Positions 39,363-49,402 of a stretch of 64,000 bases of DNA are shown piece by piece. The stretch is from Lepidodermella squamata (taxonomy: Eukaryota > Animalia > Gastrotricha). Every line of letters begins with the position of its first letter. The first letter of the stretch is position 1. The notes beneath the pieces were generated by a model. That model saw only the letters and a program-made list of their open reading frames with translations. It was not told the DNA's origin and did not search any database. Position numbers and translations under genes: made by a program. The DNA lies in the NCBI GenBank assembly GCA_047495785.1, contig JBLDXI010000007.1:124001-188000 (forward strand). Reading direction: 5' to 3'.

Positions 39363-40862
39363 TCACCAATTATTGATTTTATCGATATTCCAAAGTTCTT
39401 TGAGCGCAACGTCGTAATCTTTAGGTACTGATCGGCCGGTTTCGATTTGATTAATCACTGAGCTCCACTTCGACACAAGCTCCTTCTCCTTGGCTTGATT
39501 CGCCTTCAACATTTTCTCGTGAATTTCGTCGAAATTCACTGTCTCAAGCTTGTCGATTAAATCATCAAAACTGTCGAAGATCGTAATATGAGGCCATTGG
39601 TTAAAATCAGCGAATTGCAGCCAATATGCAATGGCCTTTGGGTCAGATGACTCCGGACTGAACGGATGTCTCGAATCCGGATGCTTCGCCGGTGCTCGAT
39701 ATTCGTGAAATGCGCCGCAATATTCCTCGTCGAGCATAGCCCGATCATGAACCCAGCCGAATTTCAAAAGCATTTCGATCGATGGGACCAGCATTGGTAT
39801 CGACATTGCGTAAAGCTCGGTCAACCCATACGTCAACACAGCGTAAGGAAACACGACAACAGCTCGATGGTCGGCCACGTTCTGCAACACGTACCGCCCA
39901 TACAACGCCTTTGCAGTCTGGAAAACCCATTTTTCCTTCGAAGCCCGTCGACTAACTGCTTCGGTAAGATTTCCAAGTTCCCAAGAAAAGAGCTCGGTTT
40001 TCTGAAGGGGACCGACTAGAATTTCAGTCCGGGTTTTCGTGTAATTGGTAGCCCCTCGCCCGGCGTAGTATAAACACGTCACAGGTAAAATCAACGGCTT
40101 CAACCCCGTGAAGTAATTCAGGTACTCGGCGTCGTATAAACCACCCGCTGCGATAAAGTGTTTCGGACTTTTACTATCGTGCATCATTTTCACGTGCTCG
40201 ATCAACCTTTCCATACGATCTAGCACGCATCGAGTTAGAAAAAACCGGTGAGCGGGTAGGAAGATGATCGACTTATTAAAGGGCATCCAAAGTTCGCAGT
40301 AAGAAGCCGGGAAACTGCATATAAAGGCATCCGTGTTGGCAACAAGTTCGTCGTTTTTGTAATAATCAAAGTTTATCCTAATATCAGTGTCGTGAAGCGT
40401 TTGCGTGTGATAGATGAAACTGTCGATAACAGGCGATCGTGTTTCGGGTATGATGAAGCGAGATTGGACCTCAGGATAGGGTGATGAGCAGCCCTTATGG
40501 CCATTTACGATAACGCGCTGGCCGAGAAATTGCAGCAGGCTCGGTGTATCGACTCTGCTGCCTTCATGCAGGTCGCTGGTCCAAAATGTGACAACTTTTA
40601 CCCCCTTCGGCGGCTTCGATAAAGGTACAGGTTTTGTTCTGTTGCATGGGTTGAGATTTGGCGGTTTAGCCCCACTTATTGCTAGTTGAGCGGCTAATAA
40701 TTTTAGATCCAAAGTTTCGTGGAGCAGGCTGAATTGAGAGACGCCAAAGTAAAAAGAAATTATGGCCAGTGACAGAAGGCAACAGGCGGCAATTTTTCTC
40801 GTACAAAATGCCACTCTTAAATTATTAAAAATAATTATTAATTTGCTGCTATTTAAAACCAT
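39363..40862 (-). CDS. Intronless type-II membrane protein, putative glycosyltransferase-like (uncharacterised family)
   Basis: 499-aa ORF with N-terminal TM helix and stem; motifs WTSDLH, CSFPASYCE, YDAEY..YFTG, FPYAV...ELYAMSIPMLVPS, YWLQFADF..WPHI..FDS; AATAAA on the minus strand at 39326-39321. Confidence 0.7.
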   Translation of the reverse strand: MVLNSSKLIIIFNNLRVAFCTRKIAACCLLSLAIISFYFGVSQFSLLHETLDLKLLAAQLAISGAKPPNLNPCNRTKPVPLSKPPKGVKVVTFWTSDLHEGSRVDTPSLLQFLGQRVIVNGHKGCSSPYPEVQSRFIIPETRSPVIDSFIYHTQTLHDTDIRINFDYYKNDELVANTDAFICSFPASYCELWMPFNKSIIFLPAHRFFLTRCVLDRMERLIEHVKMMHDSKSPKHFIAAGGLYDAEYLNYFTGLKPLILPVTCLYYAGRGATNYTKTRTEILVGPLQKTELFSWELGNLTEAVSRRASKEKWVFQTAKALYGRYVLQNVADHRAVVVFPYAVLTYGLTELYAMSIPMLVPSIEMLLKFGWVHDRAMLDEEYCGAFHEYRAPAKHPDSRHPFSPESSDPKAIAYWLQFADFNQWPHITIFDSFDDLIDKLETVNFDEIHEKMLKANQAKEKELVSKWSSVINQIETGRSVPKDYDVALKELWNIDKINNW

Positions 40863-41170
40863 AAGCGGAAGAATGTGTTAAGCAAATACGTGCTCTCAAG
40901 GGTGATAACTGAATATTAGCTGTTTGCTTCTTGCCTTGTCATGTTGCTTGTTGTGCTCAACGTTGAACTTGTAAATTTCACGAATAATAGAAAATGCTGT
41001 AATAGAGCAGTGCCTGGTATATACCTATAAGGTGAGCATGCGCCATTTAAAGCGCATTGACCCGAAGACGAAAACAAGGTGCACAATAAAATCTGAATGT
41101 CCTTTGCGTCTTTATTATAATTTCTGAATATAAACATGCTATAACTGTTGAGTTTAATTAAAAATTGTTA

Positions 41171-41524
41171 TCATCGCTTTGAAGCATCAATTTCACCGGA
41201 CAGAATTTTGCCAGCGTATAACCGCGCCCATACGTAGAACGTCGACCTGCCCTCGCAAATGTCCCTCTTGAAGAGACGGATACAGTCGCGCATTCGTTTC
41301 GCGTGTGCCATTCTTTCACGCATGCGCATCAACGCTTGCCGCCACATGGCCTTCGTGATAGGTTTGCTGATCATAGCCCTAGCTGCCTCGTTAGGATTTG
41401 CACGAGGGCTCGATGGCACGATCTCAGCCATAGCTTCGCGCCACTTCCCGCCATTGCTTGAATTATCGGCGCGGGCAATTTGAATGATTAATACAACAGC
41501 CAGTGCACAAGAAAAAGCGAGCAT
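41171..41524 (-). CDS. Small secreted protein or peptide precursor (117 aa)
   Basis: Signal peptide MLAFSCALAVVLIIQIARA; KR sites; one Cys pair (DCIRLFKRDIC). Confidence 0.6.
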   Translation of the reverse strand: MLAFSCALAVVLIIQIARADNSSNGGKWREAMAEIVPSSPRANPNEAARAMISKPITKAMWRQALMRMRERMAHAKRMRDCIRLFKRDICEGRSTFYVWARLYAGKILSGEIDASKR

Positions 41525-42362
41525 TTTATGAAAAATTCAAATTTCTCACGAATTATAAAAAGATAAAATAAATAAAACTTCAGTCTGACTTCCGAATGAC
41601 GGCAAAAGTGACGCAAAATGGGAACCTCGCGTGCAACTTCGTTAGCGTCAACTTAATTGTCCGGAGTGTCGGAATCGTACTTGAGACGAACTCCCTCGTA
41701 AGTCGGGGTACCGATTACCAAACGTCAAGTGTCATTACTTCACAATGCACCATTGCTATCTGTCACATTTTTCAATAAGTTGACCTCAGTTTTAGTTCAG
41801 CTACGTCTGTTTCGCACATTAATTCAAGTCAGATTCAGGGTTCGAACTATTGGAATTCGATGGGCATGAGCTAGATTTCTAGACACGTGAAAACTATGCA
41901 TACATCAGGGAACTGTCGTATCGGCTTTTGAGTATGCCCTGTTTCTGTCAATATTTTATAATAATTTCATTTATTTTCAGTAATTCCGGTAATTTTTGGG
42001 ATTAAAAAGCGTGTCACTGATAATAGTGACCCAAATAAACCTTAATTTTTCTAAACTTGCAGTCCATCACGGATTCAGTTCAGTCTGTTGATCTCAGGAA
42101 TTTTCCTAGAAAAAATGTTGAAAAATGTATTTGTTTTCTTTATCTTATGGTTATTTCATCAGATTGCATCAGATTTTTGCTGCTATAACATTGCCCTTCG
42201 GGTCGATAAGAGTGCGCGGTATATTATAATATATTATGCATAGTGTGTGATTCACGTGCATGGGATGAATCATCGCACAGTATTTATACGACATCTCAAA
42301 ACTTGCCTCTCATATTATCAATTCTCGTTATATTTTCAAAGCTCAACTGCCGCATAATAAAA

Positions 42363-43297
42363 ATGGTTCTCAAACATAGTAAACGTGGCATCCGAACGGG
42401 TGGCACGGTTCGCAAGTATGGCCATCCAGATCCGAGGCTAGTTGAAACAGGTACCGCCAGCTCAACTGCTACGGTCACTGTCTATCGGTCTTCAGTCGAT
42501 TCTTCGCGTAATTCTTGTTTCGCCATTCAAAATCGCTCAATTACCTTAATTTAATTTGCATAGTAAAATTGCCGGAAAATCTTGAAAGCGGTTTGCAGTA
42601 TTCACTGAATAAACGCGAACGTTGGAACCTACCTGCTCGTGTCTACGAGCAGATGCACCGGCTAGCGATTGACGACTACAAGGAGGGCAGAGAGAATAGC
42701 AAATGCGAAGAAAGGAAGCCTGGCGTTGCTCTAGTACAACACCCTGGGGTTGAAAACATGAGGACGCGCTGCAATAAAGGAAATTTCGTCATGTACTACG
42801 ACGATAAGTACGCCGTCCCAATCGAGCGGTCGTCTCATAAATCGAAACTCGACCCGTTGAATGTTGTGTCTCAGCTCGAGGAAGGCAAATTTTTCTCAGC
42901 TCAAGCGGGAAAATCAGAAGAAGAAAAAACTAGTAATGGCCAGCGGAATTCCCGAGTTGTCCGAGTAGTCGAACGGAATCCGCGCCGTTTGATTCAAGAA
43001 ACTGGGCCGCGGCTTTCGCCAGATATTAGCGAAGTCGAAAGTGAACAAATTCATGTATATTTAGGCGATAAACGCTATGTTAATAAGCGGCTAGTTTCAA
43101 AGCCGCCTAATAGTTTGCGTGACCATAGAGTCGATACCACGCACGGAGCACATTCGATGGTATTTGAAGACGACGATTTAAGCGACTACAGTGATGACTC
43201 TCTATCGGAGGAAGATGAAACAGTTGAGGTTGCATCTACCGCCCCTCCTGTAGCTTCGTCTTTCAAATTAAGCGATTTTATGGTGGCAGCACATTGA
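42363..43297 (+). CDS. Uncharacterised protein (273 aa). Exons 42363-42450, 42564-43297
   Basis: A GT-AG intron joins MVLKHSKRGIRTGGTVRKYGHPDPRLVET to VKLPENLESGLQYSLNKRERWNLPARVYE in frame; acidic C-terminal stretch; AATAAA at about 43569. Confidence 0.55.
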
Positions 43298-43703
43298 TGT
43301 TCTGGTCAAAACCTGGAAAATCGAATTTCTCGAAGCTGAACTGGCCTGTATCGATCTCGGCACTGCTATCAAGTCAAAACCCAATCTTCGACTTGGGGCA
43401 AACGTCTCAAGTCTCAAGAAATGGAGACAAATTCAACAACAAAATCTGTTAAAAACATTATTAAGATAGTCATATATTCATCTTTAGTTGAACAGGATTT
43501 TCATGCCACCTGGCATTTAATTAAGAACAAGGAATTATTATGAAATATCGACAATGTTAGGATACGGAATAAAGTTTAGTTATTAGTTTTTTCAATTATC
43601 TTCGGATCTTAATTTTTGCGGAAATTGTTTAGCCACGGGCAAAGTTACAATTTTTTATTGCTTTTATTTTCGAATCCAGCTTAATTGAATTTTTCAACGA
43701 TTA

Positions 43704-43744
43704 AAACACTGTTGCAACAACTTGTGGCCCTGAAAAGGGCCGGT
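43704..43744 (-). terminator. Histone 3' processing block of H2A (stem-loop plus conserved downstream element)
   Basis: ACCGGCCCTTTTCAGGGCCACAAGTTGTTGCAACAGTGTTT on the minus strand. Confidence 0.95.
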
Positions 43745-43774
43745 TCATGCTTGTAGACGAAAGATGGATGTCGT

Positions 43775-44218
43775 CTACTGGGACTGGCTGGCGGCGGCCT
43801 TCTTCTTGCCACCGGAAGCCGGTTTGGCAGCGGGCGCCTCGGCGGTCTTCTTCGGCAGCAAGACGGTCTGGATGTTGGGCAGAACACCGCCTTGAGCGAT
43901 CGTGACGTGAGACAGCAGTTTGTTCAACTCCTCGTCGTTGCGGATCGCCAGTTGGATGTGGCGAGGCACGATACGCGTCTTCTTGTTGTCGCGAGCGGCG
44001 TTGCCGGCCAACTCGAGGACTTCAGCAGCCAGGTACTCCATAACAGCAGCTAGGTAGACGGGCGCTCCGGCTCCGACACGCTCGGCGTAGTTACCGCGCT
44101 TCAACAGACGTGTAATACGACCGACCGGGAATTGGAGACCAGCTCGGGACGACTTGGTCTTGGCCTTCTGACGGTTGGCCTTGCCACCCTTACCACGACC
44201 AGCAGCTGGAGCAGACAT
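43775..44218 (-). CDS. H2A: Histone H2A, 147 aa, with extended tails; ends in SQSQ
   Basis: [12 protein letters not shown]...[13 protein letters not shown]...QGGVLPNIQ; true ATG at 44218 ([10 protein letters not shown]); 3' stem-loop at 43726-43741. Confidence 0.97.
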   Translation of the reverse strand: MSAPAAGRGKGGKANRQKAKTKSSRAGLQFPVGRITRLLKRGNYAERVGAGAPVYLAAVMEYLAAEVLELAGNAARDNKKTRIVPRHIQLAIRNDEELNKLLSHVTIAQGGVLPNIQTVLLPKKTAEAPAAKPASGGKKKAAASQSQ

Positions 44219-44289
44219 TGTCAGAGTTGATTTGATGGTAGTAATGCAAAAGTTAAAACTGAGCACGAACAAATTTGAAGCAGATAATC

Positions 44290-44415
44290 CAGGGGTTAAA
44301 TAGGCGAAAATGGCGCGAAAAATTGATGGCACGAGCTCACTTTGCCACGTGTGACCTACATTTGTGTGTGACCGAATAATCAGCGCACGTGTGACCTCGT
44401 GGCCTATAAATACCG
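44290..44415. promoter_or_regulatory. Bidirectional H2A/H2B promoter
   Basis: TATAAATA at 44405-44412 (H2B); TATTTAA on the minus strand at about 44296-44302 (H2A); E2F-like GGCGCGAAAA at 44312-44321; CACGTGTGACCT at 44346 and 44386, plus GTGTGACC at 44366. Confidence 0.7.
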
Positions 44416-44484
44416 CCCGATAACGACGAGCTAATTGTTCGGAAAGTTCAATCATTTTCGCTCTAGTATCACCACTCTACAACA

Positions 44485-44859
44485 ATGTCGCCTAAAGTTA
44501 CTGGTAAAGTCGCTTCGAAGGGTTCGAAGAAGGCCGCGAAGCCGAAGACCGCTGGCGAGAAGAAGAAGCGCCATCGCCGCCGCGAGTCGTACAACATCTA
44601 CATCTACAAGGTGTTGAAGCAGGTCCACCCGGACACTGGCATCTCCGGCAAGGCCATGGCTATCATGAACTCGTTCGTCAACGACATCTTCGAACGCATC
44701 GCCCTCGAGTCGTCGCGTTTGGCGCACTACAACAAGAAGGCCACCATTAGCAGTCGAGAGGTACAAACGGCTGTTCGTCTGCTGTTGCCTGGTGAGCTCG
44801 CTAAGCACGCCGTCTCAGAGGGTACCAAGGCCGTTACCAAGTACACCAGCTCGAAATAA
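44485..44859 (+). CDS. H2B: Histone H2B
   Basis: [21 protein letters not shown]...[26 protein letters not shown]. Confidence 0.99.
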   Translation: MSPKVTGKVASKGSKKAAKPKTAGEKKKRHRRRESYNIYIYKVLKQVHPDTGISGKAMAIMNSFVNDIFERIALESSRLAHYNKKATISSREVQTAVRLLLPGELAKHAVSEGTKAVTKYTSSK

Positions 44860-44900
44860 GCGCTAGAAGACACCGTCATCAGTTGTCTTCTCACATCCGA

Positions 44901-44941
44901 ACCGGCCCTTTTCAGGGCCACAAGTTGTTGCAACAGTGTTT
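44901..44941 (+). terminator. Histone 3' processing block of H2B
   Basis: Identical 41-mer; stem-loop GGCCCTTTTCAGGGCC at 44904-44919. Confidence 0.95.
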
Positions 44942-45269
44942 CATTTCTCGAGTTTCATTCAATTCATAAAACAGCGTTTTTTGATAGGCAGATGACTAGC
45001 GACAAGATGAAACATCGACGTGCAATGACAGTTGTATTATTTGCCAACTTCCCTACCAAGATTATCCTTATATTTTCAGACAACGGTTCCAAACAACCAT
45101 GTTTATTCAACTCGTATTATGATGAATTGAGAAATTTTAAAAGAAAAAATTTTTCACTGCCGATTTGGATGTAACGAGGATGAAAATTGGATGTGTGTTT
45201 TTTATCGAAAAAAAACAAAATTTCAAAAAATACGCGTAAACCCCGGACTTTTTAACCCAAAACCTCTGA

Positions 45270-45431
45270 GATTCGTCCGAATTACAAAAAGTACGGTTTA
45301 GGGAGTCCGGGGACTTGGACAGTAAATTAGACAAAAAAAATTGTTTTTAAAGTCCGCACTTCCGGCACGAGCCTCTCAAATTGCGGTTCGGATTACGTTA
45401 GACCTGTCCGGATTATACAGCTTTCACTGTA
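45270..45431. mobile_element. Probable end of a Tc1/pogo-like MITE remnant in the H2B-H4 spacer
   Basis: Ends in ...GTCCGGATTATACAGCTTTCACTGTA (reverse complement TACAGTGAAAGCTGTATAATCCGGAC), with repeated TCCGGATTA-like subterminal motifs; no partner TIR seen. Confidence 0.4.
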
Positions 45432-45924
45432 CTTGTTGTACTGGTTTTTCGGTTGTGTGCCCTGGCTATAATTAGGCTATCGTTGACTTGCGCCTCCGCC
45501 CGACCTTCTTGTCTTAACTAATTGTCGCTTTTATTTCTCAGTGATTAAAGAGGTTTCGAGTGAGTGATTAATAAATTCCGTCCAAAACCAGGCGATAATT
45601 TCTAGAACAGCCTATACAAAATTATCAACCCGGGCAGTCAGCATTCCATAGGCGAAGTGATAAGAGTCAAGGCACCTCACCTACGCACGCAATTTTAAGA
45701 ATAATTAAATTGGTGGTGGTTTAGAAAATTATGGAAATAAAAATTTAAATATTAAAATTAGAAAGCGACATTTACGGCTGGTATGCGAAGATTGCTGTTG
45801 TCTTGAACGTCATTATTCCTCTTATTAATGGCTGGAAAAATTTAACTTTTGCTATATCAGCATTCAATAAATAATTTTTCTATCATCCAAATCTTTTTAT
45901 TCATTTATTAATATTCGTCAGCTA

Positions 45925-45965
45925 AAACACTGTTGCAACAACTTGTGGCCCTGAAAAGGGCCGGT
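45925..45965 (-). terminator. Histone 3' processing block of H4
   Basis: Identical 41-mer on the minus strand. Confidence 0.95.
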
Positions 45966-46034
45966 TAGTTGGCTGTTTGATGTTGTCACCGTTGTTCGGG
46001 TGACTAATCGAAAACTCGAATCAGGAACAAGCTC

Positions 46035-46367
<333 letters not shown>

Positions 46368-46630
46368 TCAAACAGGAAATAACAAATGAGCCACTAACAA
46401 ATTTTCCGACGTGTAAAGTGGGTGTTTTATGCATCCGTTTCCCGCCATCTGGCCGCCATGTTTGCGTGAGGGCGCGTGCCTCGATGATGATTGGCCGGTA
46501 GATCGCGCGCTTTAACGACTTCCGTTGTGTGTGCCCTGGCATAAATACCACGCGTAATCGCGGCCTAGGTGTCGGTTCAATTCACTAAATTTCGCATTTT
46601 ACTGCTTTGTTGTTCGTTCATCTGCTCTAA

Positions 46631-47047
<417 letters not shown>

Positions 47048-47103
47048 ACCACCAGTTGTCTCTTGAACAAAATCGCCTCTACTGCCATCAAGTAGGCGTA
47101 CCG

Positions 47104-47144
47104 ACCGGCCCTTTTCAGGGCCACAAGTTGTTGCAACAGTGTTT
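47104..47144 (+). terminator. Histone 3' processing block of H3
   Basis: Identical 41-mer; stem-loop at 47107-47122. Confidence 0.95.
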
Positions 47145-47759
47145 GACGTACATAAATAATGTTGAATTGAAAAAATTAAAGCTTCTCACTTTATTCCAGC
47201 TGAATAATTCCTGGCTTCCAGGGCTTTATTGGACCGTGTCATTACATTAAATTTGATAAATAAAGATGAATAAATTAGTAAAGAAAGACCTCAGAAGCTG
47301 CACACAGAAAATAATATTCAAGTCGCTCGAACACGATTGGCAAGGCATCGGATAAATTCTCGGGATGTGAAATAATTACAACATGAAAAAACACAACGGC
47401 CATGCTGAATAACCTGTAAATCACACTTTTTTGTTACATTGAATATATACAGATGATCAAAATAGAATACTTATTTAGTGCAAAATCGCAAAAATATTGA
47501 ACGAACATGTTAAATTTACATTAAATTAGATAAATAGATTTGACTCGATTGCTTTCAGTTTTACTTCATGCGAAAATTCATTTCTAGTTGAAAATATAGC
47601 AAAGGCCATATGGTATTCAGAACAGAGTGAGACCGAATGAGAAGCAAGGATTTGATTTAACGTTAGCAGTTGATTTTACCGGGCTGATCACAGATTGGAA
47701 TCGGTAGCAAATTAGCCATCCATACGAGTTGTGCCGTTCGTCTTATCGCGTGATTTTTA

Positions 47760-48547
47760 TTATCGCCGATGCCAAATTGGCTGGGCGAATGCTGCTGGCG
47801 CAGGGGTCGGAGGATTGGGCGTTGGAGCACCCTAAAAATCAGAAAAGCAGAATAATTCAAGGGAAACCACATTAGCCTGTTAATTAATTAAATCAAACGT
47901 TAATCTATAAAAAGTGCCATTTTCGAATAAATTTTTCTAGATCTCGAATTCGTTGCGCTTTGAAAATGAGGAAGGGGCCCTATAAAGGTAGTTCCGGGGA
48001 ATTTCAACGGAATTTTCTTTTTCACTCAATCGAAAATTTCACGAATTTCAGAAAAACCAGTTTTGGGCGAATTAATTATCTAAAATTTGGTTCCGCTAAA
48101 TGTGAGACCAAAAAATTAGAGCTTCTCAACAAAAAACGAATGAATAAAAATATATTTGTATTAATTTTCACACGCGATCGAATTTTAAAAATCGATAAGA
48201 TGAAATTTTACAAATAATAATCTATTTAAATTGAAGATTACAAACGATTTCTAGCATCGCCTACCTCTATGCCGATGTGGATGTTGTTTGCGTTCTTATT
48301 TTTATTATAGAGGTTGATCACAAAGTCGATAACGAATTTCAACGGAGATTTTATGTGATGTCTTTGGCGATGATGATGGCGAGGCCGTTCTTCTTCGCTG
48401 CTCGATTGATCGCGATCGCGATTAGCTGAAATAGACGCGAATTCAAGTTAAGCATAATTTTTTTCGCAACCGAATGGATAGACCTTGCGTCAAAGTAACG
48501 GCTGCCAGTAATAGAAAACAGGCCAACAGGGAGAACGGGAATCGCAT
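47760..48547 (-). CDS. Three-exon secreted micro-protein (98 aa), absent from the ORF track. Exons 48547-48484, 48425-48265, 47831-47760
   Basis: MRFPFSLLACFLLLAAVTLTQ|ANRDRDQSSSEEERPRHHHRQRHHIKSPLKFVIDFVINLYNKNKNANNIHIGIE|GAPTPNPPTPAPAAFAQPIWHRR*; the signal peptide ends at a phase-1, 58-nt GT-AG intron; all phases are compatible. Confidence 0.75.
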
Positions 48548-49402
48548 TACAGATGTGAGGGGTAAAAATTGTAGTTTTCCTGCTTATTCCAGTTTCACGA
48601 TGGCCGCCTCAAACAAAAATTTATCGTAACTAAACCATTGGAATTTAAACTGGATATGGACAAATTATTGAGAAAAACAAGAAGAATAAAATGCGAATTA
48701 GGAGATAGGAGTATAAAAATAATAGCTCGTGCGAAGCAACGTAAAAAAAACGTGTTGATCGCGCGCCTATGAACATGGCGAATCTTAATCGGTGGAACAC
48801 ACCGGTTGAAACTTCACTCAGGAGCCACTGCTGCGGTCCCGTTAACAGACATTGACGTGTTCAGCTGGTTCAGCAATCCATAATTTTTAAAAAAATTTTG
48901 AGAATTTTTGTCATCGCGCACATAATTTTTCTTCACGTGACCGCAGAGGCGGCTCATTACAACGCTTCCATTTTATTCTGGCAACAATCAGCAGCGGCTA
49001 ATTAGAAGCGATGTTTCAGTTGACGAGCTGCTTGGTCTCTTCAATTATTTCATGGCTCAGAAAAGTTGAATTTGTAATTCTTTTCGTTCGGACACAAAAT
49101 AAAATAGCAGGGGAATGATTTATTTCTCCACTTCAAAGGTGAGTCAGCTTGCCCCGATGGTGATAAACTCATTAAAGCGTTTATTCATGATTCATAATTA
49201 AGAGCGGGAAATGTACACGCAACAATTATAAGGGAGATAAAAACGGAGATAATACAATTGAAAATAGCCTTTAATAACAAGCCACATTTTTGTGAGTAGT
49301 TCCAAGTGACAGCACGTGCGAGAAACTTGTTACATATTAAGAACCAGCAGATTTTCAGCGGTCCATTTCACACAATTCTGTTCTTTCTAGTAAATCTGTG
49401 CC

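Noticed and set aside
41785-41860. tRNA-like A/B boxes (TAGTTCAG...GGTTCGAAC)
   Set aside because: A cloverleaf with acceptor and anticodon stems cannot be built.
44219-44455. 79-aa N-terminal extension of H2A in the ORF track
   Set aside because: It starts at a non-ATG codon and runs through the promoter; the real start is ATG 44218.
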